DNA from: Octopus sinensis
Taxonomy: Eukaryota
Direction of reading: 5' to 3'
Length of the DNA: 64,000 nt
Assembly: GCF_006345805.1 (NCBI RefSeq)
Contig: NC_043013.1
Span: forward strand, 47,182,001-47,246,000
Part shown: positions 13,604 to 27,079 of the stretch, piece by piece
How positions within the stretch are numbered: position 1 is the stretch's first letter
Layout: each line of letters begins with the position of its first letter
The notes under the pieces: generated by a model
What the model was told of the DNA's origin: nothing
Seen by the model: only the letters and a program-made list of their open reading frames with translations
Database searches by the model: none
Translations under genes and position numbers: made by a program

Positions 13604-13794
13604 TAATCGATTACTGTCAACGGTGCCAATGGACAAAAAAATTGACAAAAAAAATTGAAATAAATATTATTGAGAGGACGAGGAGAGACGAAATAGCAAA
13701 AGCTGTAGAGCGCCGAACAAAATGACTTTTGGCATTTCATCTCGCTCTCATCATACTCACGACTTACGCAAAGAAAGATTTCCCATTGTTTATC

Positions 13795-14010
13795 TTTTAT
13801 CTTTTACTTGTTTCATTCATTGGACTGCGGCCATGCTGGGGCACAAATACAAAGGGTTTAGTCAAACAAAACTACTCCCGTGCTTATGTTTCATGAAGTA
13901 TGGTACTTATACTATCGGTTTCTTTTCGCCGAACAACAAATGTACAGGTATGTAAACAAACTACCACCAGTTATCAAGCGGTGATAAAGGACAAACATAA
14001 AGACACACAC
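13795..14010 (-). mobile_element. Diverged SINE family A 3' half
   Basis: 'cttttacttgtttca...gactgcggccatgctgg' tail match. Confidence 0.65.
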
Positions 14011-14127
14011 ACACACGCATGCACGCACGCACACACACACACACTCATACAAACACACGCATACATATATATTGTTTTCTCTGATTTTACTCGTTCTCGA
14101 ATTTGATGTACGTAAACCGCCTCAAGA

Positions 14128-14330
14128 AATCTCTAGAGATGACAAGCAAGGACAGACAAACGGATTAAGTCAATTACATCGACCCCAGTGCGTAACTGGT
14201 ACTTATTTAATCGACCCTGAAAGGATGAAAGGCAAAGTCGACATCGGCGGAGTTTGAACTCAGAAGTTAACGGTAGACGAAATACGGCTACGCATTTCGC
14301 CCGGCGTGCTAACGATTCTGCCAGCTCCCA
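14128..14330 (-). mobile_element. SINE family C
   Basis: Reverse complement of 14558-14795. Confidence 0.85.
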
Positions 14331-14557
14331 GCCTTCTGCCTAACGTTCTTCTGTCTAACTAAAGCCACAATACAAATAAGTCTCCCCTTTAGTCAATTCT
14401 GTTGTCAGAGCATAGAACAAAACCACTTGCGTTTCTTCTGATACTTTCTGTTCCGAGTTCGTATCCTGCTGAGGTCAAGTAACCCATTCACTCCCCGCCA
14501 CCACCACCGAGTAGATAAAATAAAGTACTAGTCAAGTAAATCGATGGTATTGAATTA

Positions 14558-14795
14558 TAAGGCGGCGAGCTGGCAGAAACGTGAGCACGCCGGGCAAAAT
14601 GCGTAGCCGCATTTCGTCTGCCGTTACGTTCTGAGTTCAAATTCCGCCGAGGTCGAGTTTGCCTTTCATCCTTTCTGGGTCGATAAATTAAGTACCAGTT
14701 ACGCACTGGGGTCGATGTAATCGACTTAACCCGTTTGTCTGTCCTTGTTTGTCCTCACTGTGTTTAGCCCCTTGTGGGTAGTAAAGAAATAGGTA
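14558..14795 (+). mobile_element. SINE family C (tRNA-like head, Nin-like central domain), full length
   Basis: ggcggcgagctggcagaaacg...gagttcaaattcc (B box) then 'gcctttcatcctt..ggtcgataaattaagtaccag'; many copies in window. Confidence 0.9.
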
Positions 14796-14861
14796 TTGAA
14801 TTACATCCTCGCCTCAAAATTATTGGTCTTGTGCTCCTAAGTTACAATCCATTATTATTGG

Positions 14862-15013
14862 CTTCAAATTTTAGCACAAAACCAACAATTTCGGGGACGT
14901 TGGAAAGGATGAAAGACAAAGTGTACCTCGGCGGAATTTGAGCTCAGAACGATGAAACGGACGAAATGCCGCTAAGCCTGCCTCGGTAACAGGTCTGCCA
15001 GCTCGCCGCCTTA
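14862..15013 (-). mobile_element. SINE family C, internally deleted
   Basis: 'gaaaggatgaaagacaaag..cctcggcggaatttgagctcag..gccagctcgccgcctta'. Confidence 0.75.
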
Positions 15014-15116
15014 GAAACCATTATTATTGAAAGTAAACGACTCCAGTGGGATTTGAAACCAGTAACACGAGACAGCAACATTTCATATGTGATTTTTGTC
15101 TGTGTCATCTAGTATT

Positions 15117-15511
15117 TTTAAGGAGGAAGCACTCCGTCGGTTACGACGACGAGGGTTCCGGTTGATCCGAATCAACGGAACAGCCTGCTCGTGAAATTAA
15201 CGTGTAAGTGGCTGAGCACTCCACAGATACGTGTACCCTTAACGTAGTTCTCGGGGATATTCAGCGTGACACAGAGAGTGACAAGGCCGGCCCTTTGAAA
15301 TACAGGTACAACAGAAACAGGAAGTAAGAGTGAGAGAAAGTTGTGGTGAAAGAGTACAGCAGGGATCACCACCATCCCCTGCCGGAGCCTCGTGGAGCTT
15401 TTTTTGGCGTTTTCGCTCAATAAACACTCACAGCGCCCGGTCTGGGAATCGAAACCGCGATCCTATGACCGCGAGTCCGCTGCCCTAACCACTGGGCCAT
15501 TGTGCCTCCAC
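15117..15511 (-). mobile_element. SINE family B, full length with TSD
   Basis: Minus-strand head tggcccagtggttagg (A box)...ggtttcgattccc (B box); 11 bp TSD CATCTAGTATT at 15106-15116 and 15512-15522. Confidence 0.9.
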
Positions 15512-16038
15512 CATCTAGTATTAGCAAAAGCATTAAAAGCTGTTCCGAACTAATGGAAACAATTAGATTTGGCTACAGTTACCACGTTCCGATTAGAAGC
15601 CGCAATCAGAAAGGTCAGACAAACAATCTATTTATTTATTTCGTTTATCTTTTGACTCTTCATTCCTAAAAATCATTACTCTTTTATATGATTGGCGACC
15701 GTTTCGCCGATTAATGTACAACGCGAGTGACCAATAACCTTGTTGACTAGATGATTCTCATTAGTGTAGCATTTTACAGTCATTCACTTTTGTCTTCAGT
15801 TTTTTTTTCCTTTTTCTTTTTTTTTTTCAATCGAACCTCGTTACTAATTAGTGTGGTTAATGCAGGTCTGTCGCTGTTGCAATGACATAAATATGATTTC
15901 TGTGCTGAGCGCTTCCACGGTATCTGTTATGGTGATTGGCATCAGTACACGTCTCTATAGTTTCGGTTGGATGAAGCATCAGATTTAGTTTACTTCTGCT
16001 CTAATTAACTCAGACACTTGGTTCTACAAGAGGTGCAG

Positions 16039-16108
<70 letters not shown>

Positions 16109-16299
16109 GTGTGTGTGTGAATTAAGGAGTGTGGCAGTTGTGGGTGAATATATGGGCGTGAATGAAAAGGCAAAGAAATAAGCAACAGAAAAAAAATCAA
16201 AGTGCCTTTGTGTGAGAGGTAAAGGTCATGATGATTTGAAACGGGAAAAAATGGTTTGGTTAGAGAAAAAACATCGAGAGCAACGGATAAACTGCTGAA

Positions 16300-16347
<48 letters not shown>

Positions 16348-16482
16348 GTGTGTGTGTGTGTGTGTGTGTGTGTATGAAAAAGCGGGAAAGAAGTGACAGA
16401 ATGGACAAAATGAACAAAAAGTAAGGCGTAAATTCAAAAGAATGCAATGACTGAAGATGTGAAAATGGATAGGATGAGATAA

Positions 16483-16534
<52 letters not shown>

Positions 16535-16949
16535 AGCTAGAAGGGGAGTCATAATACAAAAGATATGGGGCAAAAAGTAAAAATTAGATATAAATATATA
16601 TATAGTTAATCCAAACAAGAAAGCCCAAAAAACACAACAACGCGAGGACGTGGAACAAATATAGTATCATACATATATGTATATATACATATGTGTATGT
16701 ATGTGTGTATATGTATACATGTATGTATATATACATATATGTATGTATGTATATATGTATGTGTACGTATGTGTGTGTAGGAAGGGTAGTACACATAAAG
16801 AAACAAATCTATATATTTAGAAAGAGACATCTGCAACCCAGTGTATGTAATCTTAGGTACACTATAGCTTAAAGAAGACGCACTTCATCATAAGTCTACT
16901 CAATCAACAGTACATATGGAAGGAATAATTACAATGGCCGAACAATATA

Positions 16950-17357
16950 GGCATAGGAGTGGCTATGTGGTAAGTAGCTTGCTTACGAACCACATGGTTC
17001 AGGGTTCAGTAACACTGCGTGGTACCTTGGGCAAGTGTCTTCTACTATAGCCTCGGTCCGATCAAAGCCTTGTGAGTGGATTTGGTAGACGGAAACTGAA
17101 AGAAGCCTGTCGTATATATGTATATATATATGTATGTGTGTGTATATGTTTGTGTTTCTGTGTTTGTCCCCCCCCCATCATCGTTTGAAAACCGATGCTG
17201 GTGTGTTTACGTCCCCGTAACTTAGCGGTTCGGCAAAAGAGACCGATAGGGTAAATACTAGGCTTACAAAGAGTAAGTCCTGGGGTCCATTTGCTCGACT
17301 AAAGGCGGTGCTCCAGCATGGCTACAGTCACATGACCGAAATAAGTAAAAGAGTAAA
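16950..17357 (+). mobile_element. SINE family A, full length
   Basis: Matches family consensus. Confidence 0.9.
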
Positions 17358-18537
17358 CCGACATTCTTTGCCTCATATACTTTGCAAGAGATAAATCAAT
17401 GAAGGAGCATAGCGTAACGTGCTAGAAATAATTACTAAATCACATGATACTGGCTACTCTCAAAAATAGAACAACGAAACAAGCAAGGCCGTCGTAGGTA
17501 CCTTATTCCTGGAATGAAATCAAGGAAACTCAAAGCCTTTCATTTTGGGTCCATTTAGTCATAACAACACAACATTTTATTTTGCAGAATGTTACGTAAT
17601 GTCAGAGTGCAGTGGGGGTAACCATACAGTAAAATGTTGTTAAGTTTAATATTGGCACAACATGGATTAAATCCACCTGTCATAGGAAAATAATATTAGT
17701 TTCCGTAAAAAAACATTAGCACCGCATTTAGTCGGCGACGAATGGCGGTATCTGTAAGGGAGAACGATAAAACATTTTTGTCTGTGTCGCAGGAGGAAGA
17801 AGCTCTAAGAGAGAAAAACATCTGGTGTGTCTGAGCATGCATCGTTGACATAATCATTAATCTTGTCACCCATATCAAGGAGAGGTGGAAGAATATTAAA
17901 GATCAAAATTAATTCCCGTTTCTTGGGATTGTTTCTCACTGTTCTCTGGTTCAAATAACTTGCAATATTTACTGTAAAAACACTGGCCCGCCATTCTATC
18001 AGAATCCGGCGAACATTCCCAGACATTCGTCATGTTTTCACTTTTGTTTATTTTTCTCTCTACTCTACCACTTTACATCAGCATTGTAACAAATATTTGC
18101 CTTTTTAATTACATATATACACACACATACATACACACACTCACACACGTAACTACATACTTACATACATGCATACATACATATATGTGTATATGTAGTT
18201 ATGTAATGTATACACACGCATGCACAGACATATATGTGTGTGCGTTTTGTGTGTGTACATGTGTATGCATGTGTTCTTGTTAGTATATTTGTGTGGATAT
18301 GTTTGTTTTACATCTGATTGTCTGTGTTTTTGTGTTATATGTCTATATTTTTTCGAAAAGCAATGTACTATTTCTAATATTTTGGATTTCAAATTTTTTC
18401 CCTCCATCGAGTTTAATAATATAATGTTAAAAATATGGATTGATGTCCAAAATGCATGCCACACACCCGACATACCCCGAATACATTTCCAGTAATATTA
18501 ATACACGTACACATGCACACATTCATAAATACGCCCA

Positions 18538-18584
<47 letters not shown>

Positions 18585-19088
18585 GTACATCTCTCTCTTA
18601 TACGCAGCCTGAAAGCACTGTCATACAGATTGAAGCACATTGAAATTTATGTAAATGTAGACACATTAAACATTGCACACACAAGCACACATGTAACAAG
18701 GCCCCCACTTAGGATACAGAGAAGTGCGCATACACACATGCGTATATACTGGTCATATAGGAACAAAAAAATCTCCCATGTACACATAGTCTTACTCACT
18801 ATCCACAGAAGTAAACTCATTACGTAGACTCGATAATATAAAAAACAAAAAGAAGTACAAGGAAAAAAAGACAGGCACCAGTGAGGACGATGTATTGTCG
18901 TCGATACAAATTACAACTGCAGGACTTGTTCTCAGTCTGTCATCTGTCGTCATTAATTATCGCCGAAATGAAAAGTAGATGAAGGTAGATGAGATGGCTG
19001 GTGCTAGGAGAGAAAGTTACATAGCGATATATATATGGTTGTGCATCTATTGGATGTATGTTTATATGTATTATACGTCCATACTCCC

Positions 19089-19089
<1 letters not shown>

Positions 19090-19170
<81 letters not shown>

Positions 19171-19310
19171 TAGTTTTATTATATATATTATATATATATA
19201 TTTATATATATATATATGCATGTATATGTATATGCACATATGTTTGCATCTGTAGGCATATTAACATAAATATGTATATATATATGTATATATGTATATA
19301 TACATATGCA
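19090..19310. repeat. (TAT)n and (TA)n microsatellites
   Basis: Directly visible. Confidence 0.95.
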
Positions 19311-19532
19311 TATGAGGGATGAGGAGGAGGGGAGGAGGAAGAGAAAGGGAGAGGAACTGAGGGAGAGAGAGATATATTTAAATATATAAATCAAAGATGT
19401 GATAATGAAAAGAAAAGAGCAGTGAAAATGATAGGGATTGAGAGAAATAAGCTAAGTGGACGGAGATGGGGAGGAAAGGGACAAATTGAAATAAATATAG
19501 GGACAGAGCGGGAGAAAGCGGGAGAGACAGAG

Positions 19533-19569
<37 letters not shown>

Positions 19570-19799
19570 AAGAGAAAATTGATGAATGGCTGTGAGGGGG
19601 AAGTGAGTGAGAGAGAAGTGATGAAAGAAAGACAGAAAAATGACATAGAGAGGAAGAAGGGGTTTATGAAGGGTATGCGATGAGGTGATAGAACATTCGA
19701 GAAGTCTGGATGAGAAAATAATTGCGATGGATTGAAGGAAAGTGATGATGAAGGTGAGGAAGAAATGAAGACAGAGAGAAGCAGAGAAAAAAGACAAGA

Positions 19800-19860
19800 A
19801 GCGCGGGGAGGGGGCGGTTTTAGAAGCAAATAAGAATGGCGAATTTCTCGTAAATAAGGA
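19800..19860. promoter_or_regulatory. Possible GC-box promoter element
   Basis: gcgcggggagGGGGCGGtt in AT-rich context next to a long purine/pyrimidine-skewed tract (19315-19800); motif-only evidence. Confidence 0.2.
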
Positions 19861-20261
19861 TATCTCACTTGAGCGTGTTCTCTGCTATGGGGGACGCTCA
19901 TATTTAATAATAACAAAATTCTTTACTGCCTTCGAATTTAATTCAAAAATTAATGAAGAATAACATAAAGAATTGCAATCTCATTTTTAATTAAAAACTG
20001 TTCCAGTGGAGCTTAGTTTTTGTTTTTGGTGAAAGGAAAATAAAGAGGGAGAAGTATTAAACTAGTTGGGAATAATCTCTTCTATCCTATTTTTCTGAGT
20101 AAGAAAGCAGATAAATATACGTTTTAGTTTTCCAACTAGACATGTTATTGCAGTATTTCTTAATCGCGTTGATATCGTCAGACAATATGTCAGTCGGTCG
20201 GTGCGCTAATCAGCTGTGTTCCATCTTTCATTGTATATTCCCGCCAAATCTATTTTTCACC

Positions 20262-20480
20262 TTTTATATTCTACTGGTTTCAGATATTAGATCGCAGCCG
20301 TACTGCGGGCACGGCCTTGGAGAATTTTATAGTCGATTGAATCGACCACCCCGCGAATTTGCCGAACCGCTGGGGTACGGGGACATAAACAAGCCTACAC
20401 TGATCGTGAAGGAGCGATGGAGGACAAACACAGACACAGAGACATACATATATATGAATATATATATATATATATATATA

Positions 20481-20546
<66 letters not shown>

Positions 20547-20864
20547 TAATATTAGGGAGTATAACTCCAAACTTACAGGTAAAAATTCAATTTAGTATTA
20601 AATTAAATTTCACAATATAAATATATAAAATATTATGCAACTCAATATTTTTATAAAATATATAACTAGACCTCAAAAAGTATAAACATGAATATGTTTT
20701 AATTTATATATACATATATATATATATATGTACGACATGTTAACACGGCTTTGGTCGGCCCGAGTCTATAGTTGAAGACAGTTGCCCAAAATACCAAGGA
20801 GTGGACTGAACCTGGAACTATGTCGCTGTGAATCAAGCTTCTTACCACACAGCCACGCCTGCGC
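20262..20864 (-). mobile_element. Diverged SINE family A split by microsatellites and the 20545-20700 repeat
   Basis: 3' part 20262-20445, 5' part 20745-20864. Confidence 0.65.
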
Positions 20865-21154
20865 CCGTTTCTTCAATTTACTGATATAGTAATACTACAA
20901 AGAAGTCAGCAAATACACAATGACCAGTAAAGACACATATAAAAGATAAATAGAGCGATTTATTTTACACTAGTAGGACCCGTGTAAATTCCCTGACATG
21001 GAAAAAATTAAGAGGACCTATTTGAGAAAGCAAGAATGATTTGCTTATCTTTAGCATTCATAATTTTAGCTTTCTTTAAATATGCTCGATGTTCGTCTAC
21101 ATTCATTTCTTCACATCAGTGTTGTCTTTTTCCTCTTTTTATTATATCTTCTCG

Positions 21155-21574
21155 GGATCTTTTCGATTTGAACGGCAGTTCTTTCTAGCGGTGTCATATG
21201 AAATTGTCACCCATAATTATGACCCTAGTATCGATCTATTGCATTTCAATCTGTTTAAGGATTAGGGTTAGGGGTGGGAGAAGGGTATCTTTTTTTTCTT
21301 CACAAATGTAAATAAACCCAATCTGTTTCTTAAACGAGGGACATATTCATACGGCACAGAATGTTTTTTTACCTCAATAGACGTCATTGATTGGTTGAAA
21401 TTGCAAAAATTGAAGAAAAAACAACAACAAATATCTTACAAACTATAGAATTTTCTCAATAAAGCCAAGAGTAAAAGATGTTTTCTAAACACATTCTACC
21501 AGTATACGAAGTTTAAAAGTGTTTAGTTACGTGGAAATTATTTTAAAAAACTGCCGTTCAAACCGAAAAGATCC
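21155..21574 (+). mobile_element. TTAGGG-containing MITE (Merlin-like ends)
   Basis: ~26 bp TIRs GGATCTTTTCG.TTTGAACGGCAGTT; 8 bp TSD TCTTCTCG. Confidence 0.92.
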
Positions 21575-21599
21575 TCTTCTCGCTGTTCCTCTCTAATCA

Positions 21600-22570
21600 G
21601 TGCTCTATATCTGCGCGTCTTTCTCGGGCAGCTTGTAACCGTATTTCTTGTGAACCTAGATTTTAGGCTAAATTACCCCTTAGAAACAAATACCATTTTT
21701 TAAAGTGAGCAGACGATGAATAATTGCACTTAAGCGTCTGCGATGGTCTCTATAAAAAAATTAGGGATCCTTTCGGTTTCAACGGCAGTTTTTAACATAA
21801 TTTCTAGGTAACTAAAAAATTTTAAACTTCGTATACTTGTAGAATGTGTTTATAAAACATCTTTTTCTCTTGGCTTTATTGAGAAAATTCTATAGTTTGT
21901 AAGATATTTGTTGTTTTTTCTTCAATTTCTGCAATTTCGACCAATCACTGACGTCTATTGAGGTGAAAACATTCTGTGCCGTATGAATATGTCCCTCGTT
22001 TAAGAAACAGATTGGGTTTATTTACATTTCTGAAGAAAAAAAATATACCCTTCTCCCCACCCCTAACCCTAACCCTAAAACAGATTGAAATGCAATAGAT
22101 CGATAATAGGGTCATAATTATGGGTGACAATTTCATATGACACCGCTAGAAAAAACTGCCGTTCAAACCGAAAAGATCCAAAATTAGTTCAATAAAAAAA
22201 AGTACTTTTCAATGTCAACACACCACCACCACCACCACCGCCGCCGCTATCTGCTCCTCTCTCTCAATATAACTGCTTCCCCTGTCCAGCTCTAACCACG
22301 TAATAAATATTCCCTCCCAACCCCACCGCACGTTGCTAGCACTTCTCTTTCTCTGTCTTTTTCTCTCATCGTCTTTTTCTCTCATTTCTGCCTCTGCTTT
22401 CAGCTGACCATGTGACCATTTGGCCTAAGTGTATTAATCCCCTTTCCCTACTTTTCCTCTCTTCTTTCGTCACTCCTCTCCCCTCTCTCCCACTCTTAAC
22501 CTGCCTCTCACTCACTCCACCTCTACCTCTTTAACTAACGGACGAACGAACAAGCAGATTATTATATAGA
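21600..22570 (-). mobile_element. Probable non-autonomous Helitron-like element interrupted by a MITE
   Basis: Minus-strand start A|TCTATATAATAA followed by a (GTTC/GTCC)n-like tract is typical of Helitron 5' ends; internal gcagacg...cgtctgc hairpin; 3' end decayed. Confidence 0.45.
21765..22179 (-). mobile_element. TTAGGG-containing MITE (Merlin-like ends)
   Basis: TIRs as above; 8 bp TSD AAAATTAG; opposite orientation to the 21155 copy. Confidence 0.92.
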
Positions 22571-22971
22571 TTAATAAAGTGTGCACGATGACGCATAAGG
22601 TAGCGAAGAAGAAAATTTTAATTAATCAAAGATTATACATACTTTCATCAGGTAAACGCTGGGTCAGTGCTTAAATATATACAAAAGATGCAAGGGTGAC
22701 GACTTCAAATCTTAAAATCCTGAAAATGACTTGGCTACAACAAAATCTCAGTTAATTTCAATTCAAATTTTGTATGAGGTAAAGGTAAAATTTAATTTGA
22801 TTTCTCACAGAGACAATGTCAACAGCGAACGTGTTTCGGGTTTTAGAGCTCCTCAAGAAGCATACCATGATTGCCAGATGTGCAACTAAGTCATCAGTGT
22901 AATGACTAACGAAAATTAGCCAGGAACGCGATCCACATGGAAAATAGTAAAATGCTAACACACTAAATGTA

Positions 22972-23245
22972 AGCAATAATAAATCTCTGAGCGAGATGTA
23001 AACAGTAAGCGCTCGACAACGTAAAGTATACTAGCCATATCAATATGGCTAACCACTAAGGGTGGGTGTTACTGTAGCTTTTTAGCCCCAGGAGATCATC
23101 GTCTCCAGCTGGCTTTAGACACAATATCATAAGGGCACAGATATTGTGCCTAAAGCCAGCTGGAGACGATGATCTCCTGGGGCTAAAAAGCTACAGTAAC
23201 ACCCACCCTTAGTGGTTAGCCATATTGAGATGGCTAGAATACTTT
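22972..23245. mobile_element. Foldback insertion: ~108 bp near-perfect inverted arms with 12 bp flanking direct repeat
   Basis: Arms 23021-23128 and 23140-23247, 3 mismatches by eye; ACACTAAATGTA at 22960-22971 and 23246-23257. Confidence 0.75.
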
Positions 23246-24351
23246 ACACTAAATGTATCTACCAGAGAAAAATATTAGCTACCAAGATTCATTCGTTGTT
23301 TTCGTTATTGTGGTTTTCGTTCTTTCGCTTCAAAGTTTACCTAATTGAACAGACTTCCCATTAAAGAAATTCCAGTAAGGATTACTCTTTATGTTATCCT
23401 GTGAAAAGGGATTTAAGAGTGAATTGACCCCATTGTTGGTGCATAGTTTAACTATAAAAGTCACTGGTTGTTTTTCAATGTCGATATACTTCCAACATTA
23501 ACTGCTGTTTCGTGTAACAAAGCTGGAGACAACTTATTTCAAAGCCGATAATTCAAGAAATGTTATATATACTTAAACCGTTATTCCTCATCGATAAAAG
23601 TTGCAAATTAATCTGTAAAACAGCAAATCTTTTCTCATCTTTTGCATTCCACATTTTAGTAGATGTCATACGTATAACCAATCAGCAACATGTGTAAAAT
23701 GATCGCTCCCTCAAAGCAATTTGGCCAATCATTATTACTGTAACTTGTGTTTAAAGACCAAGGGGATGACGTCTGCAGTTAACATGCTTTTGAGAAAAGC
23801 TGAGTAATTTTCGACAAAAACAATTTTATAGTATTTAATGATGAGAGAAGAAAATGATCTTTTGATTCGGCAACCAAATGGCTGAATTACGACTGCAAAG
23901 AGAGTGGAAAGGTAACAGAGACTGCAACGAATATGGAAATTAATATTCGCAGCGTAGGATCACACTGTTATTGCACAGTCACCAGAACAATTGGCACCCC
24001 TTTACACAGCGCTGGCTAGGTTAACATAAACCTATCCTTTTGTATTACACATTGGTACTGTGATAGTTTTATACAAAATAAGAATAATAGATTCTGAGGA
24101 AAGAAGGAAGTAAATAATTCCGACGAGAGGGTGTTAGCCGACAATAATGACACCGGTATAAAATTGGTGCTTTAGTCTATTGATTCTGAAAGGATAGCTG
24201 GCAAAGTTTATCTCGGTAAGATTTGAACGCAGAGTGTAATGAGGTCGGACAGGTGTTTCCCTACACTTTAACGATTCTGCCAATGATAACACTATGCTTT
24301 GCAATTAGCATATGTAAGAATTACTAAGGTGGATTATATTGCAAAATATAT

Positions 24352-24567
24352 GTTTCAAATTTTAGCACAAGACCAGCAATTTCAGAGGTGGAGATAGATA
24401 AGTTGATTACATCGATCCCAATGATCAACTGGTAGTTATTTTATCAACTCCAAAATGATAAAAGGCAAAGTCGATCATGGCGATTTTGAGCTCTGAACGT
24501 AAAAAGGACGAAACACTGCTAAGCGCTTTTCCTCAGGTGCTAACGATTCTGCCAGCTCGCCGCCTTA
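24352..24567 (-). mobile_element. Diverged SINE family C
   Basis: 'aaaggcaaagtcga..gctaacgattctgccagctcgccgcctta'. Confidence 0.75.
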
Positions 24568-24599
24568 CTATATTGCAAAATTTCTTATGGTACACGTTG

Positions 24600-24790
24600 T
24601 TATTAACCCAAGGTCAACCCTACTCAAGCAGACCACTGATCAAAGGAGTTCTCGCAGTCAACTAGTCTTTTTTTCGTTTTGTTTCTTCTGAATCAGCTAT
24701 ACATTCCCATATGTCTTTGAGACGGTAGGGAGTAACTTGAAGGAGACTTGACTGCTATTTCTAACAGGTCGAGATTATCTGTAGAACTTC
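24600..24790 (-). repeat. Old interspersed repeat fragment (probable SINE 3' end, (AAC)n tail)
   Basis: 'ctgctagaaatagcagtcaa...gggctaaacaacaac' motifs recur at ~25150, 29570, 30050, 35510 and 57060. Confidence 0.55.
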
Positions 24791-25945
24791 CCTTAGTTGT
24801 TGGTGATTGGTGCTGTTGGTACGAGTGGTGATGGCCGGAGTTGCATTGGTGGCAGCTGTGGTGCCGGTAATGGTTGTGTTGTTGTTGTTGGTGACGACGT
24901 AATGAAGGTTGTTTTTTTAGCTTTTTTATTGTAGGTGGATGACCTTTTCTGAAATTTACTGTAGTGAGGAGGGGGATGAGGTGGTTATATGCCAGGGAAA
25001 TTTTTCTAAACTTCACCTGATCCCCACCCCCACCAGTTGTTTCTGATATCTGACCTGATAAATGCTACCCTCCCACTACCATCATCACCTCCCTTCATCA
25101 TCTCACATAAAACTGCAGCCACTGACAACAATCACTACTGACCAAAGAAACGTCTCCATAGTCGCTTGATCTGCTGGAAATTGCAGTCAAATCTCACTTA
25201 AATTACAAGCTGCAAACAACAAAAACTCTTTTGATCACAGAGTTGTTCGACAAGTGTTGGAAGGGACTAAACAACAACTTATGTACGATGTTGATAATAT
25301 TTTGTAATATAAAATAATATCCCGTAATAAAATAATTATTATTCTAGCGTCATTTTATTTGGGAACACGGTGAATAATATAGCTCTTATTTTTTTCTTTA
25401 AACTTTCACAAATAAAAAAAAAATGTCTGTAAAGAAATCGGTTTATGTGGTCTTAATTATATCAATTATATTCATTTTAGTTACTTCAGTAACAAGTCAT
25501 TTTATCATGAAACAAGCATGTGAATTTGCATCATAAATTTTAGCCCTGACAGATGCTGTAATTCCCTTTATAATTTCGCTCTCTTTACCATCGAATTTAA
25601 GCCGCTTTCTTGAAATATCGACAAATCATTCCCCACTGTCGTTAAATACAACAGAATTGTTCCCTGAGGCGTCATGCCTGCAGACTACATTGTCACAGTC
25701 TCAAATACATAATACATCAATGGTGACTGGTCACTTGAAATAGACAGGGAGGGATGTGACCATACTCATTTGTCAATGGTGTCTAAACGGTCTCACTTAA
25801 AAGTCGAAAGCAAGAACAAATAGAAAAATCTTAGTTGTTTTCCAAATTTATATTCAACTAATATCGATTTTCATCGATGGAGACAATATATCTGTGTGTG
25901 TATGTGTATATGCATGCATACATACATACATACATATATACTTGC

Positions 25946-26003
<58 letters not shown>

Positions 26004-26007
<4 letters not shown>

Positions 26008-26307
26008 AGGCGCAATGGCCCAGTGGTTAAGGCAGCGAACTCTCGGTCGTAATATCGCGGTTTCGATTCCCAGACTGGGCGTTGTGAGTGTTTATTGAGC
26101 AAAAACACCTAAAGCTCCACGAGGCTCCGGCAGGGGGTTGGTGGCGATCCCTGCTGTACTTTTTCGCCACAACTTTCTCTCACTTTTCTTCTGTTGGCGT
26201 GCTCGCTTAGCCAACGGGGTGGCGTCATTTGAAGGCTAAAACGATGCGAAGCGCATTGTGACCAGCGATGTGTAGCAACATCTGATAGCCTGGTCGGTCA
26301 CGGTGAT
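26004..26307 (+). mobile_element. SINE family B with alternative 3' tail
   Basis: Head as in 15117-15511 up to 'aactttctctcact', then unrelated tail ending 'ggtcggtcacggtgata'. Confidence 0.8.
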
Positions 26308-26375
26308 ATATATATATATATAATTTGGTAGAAGGAAACTGACGACATCCAGTCATCTATATATATAGACGACTG

Positions 26376-26632
26376 GCTAGCTTCCATCTACCAAATTTTC
26401 TCAGAAGGCTTGGTCGGCCCGAGGCTATAGTAGAAGAAACTTGCTCAAGATTCCATGCAGTGACTGAATCCGGAACCATGTGATTGGGAAGCGCTTTTTA
26501 CACTTGGACACCACCATGAAAGCTTATTTAATCGGTCTATTTCGCTGAACAGCACTGTTAAGAGGATGTAAACGAACCAACATCGGTGGTCAAGCCGCAG
26601 CAAGGCATACAAAAAGACACATCACTGTATAC

Positions 26633-26701
<69 letters not shown>

Positions 26702-26850
26702 ATGTGCTTTTTACAGTTTCCCTCTACCAAACCCACTCATTCGGGGCTATATTAGAAGACACTTGGTTAAGGTGTCAAGCACTGGGATTGAAACCGCTGC
26801 TATGTGGTTGATAAACAAACTTCTTACCACATAGCCACGCCTGCTCCTGT
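26376..26850 (-). mobile_element. Two diverged SINE family A copies
   Basis: 'ctaccaaa..ggtcggcccgaggctatagtagaaga' and 'cttaccacatagccacgcctg'. Confidence 0.65.
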
Positions 26851-26851
26851 A

Positions 26852-26887
<36 letters not shown>

Positions 26888-27079
26888 TGTATGTATGTAT
26901 GTATGTATGTATGTATGTATGTATGCATGCATGTACGTATGTATGTATGTACGTATGTATGTATGTATGTATGTATATATGTATGCATGTACGTATATAT
27001 GTATGTACGTATGTATGTATCTATTTATCTATATATATATATAGATAGAGAGAGAGAGGGAGAGAGAGAGAGAGAGAGT

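Noticed and set aside
15435-15511. tRNA-like sequence (also at 26004 and in SINE A/C heads)
   Set aside because: SINE heads continuous with repeat bodies; not standalone tRNA genes
22820-22860. Minus-strand TTGAGGA...GAAAcacgTT motif
   Set aside because: Stems I and II do not pair
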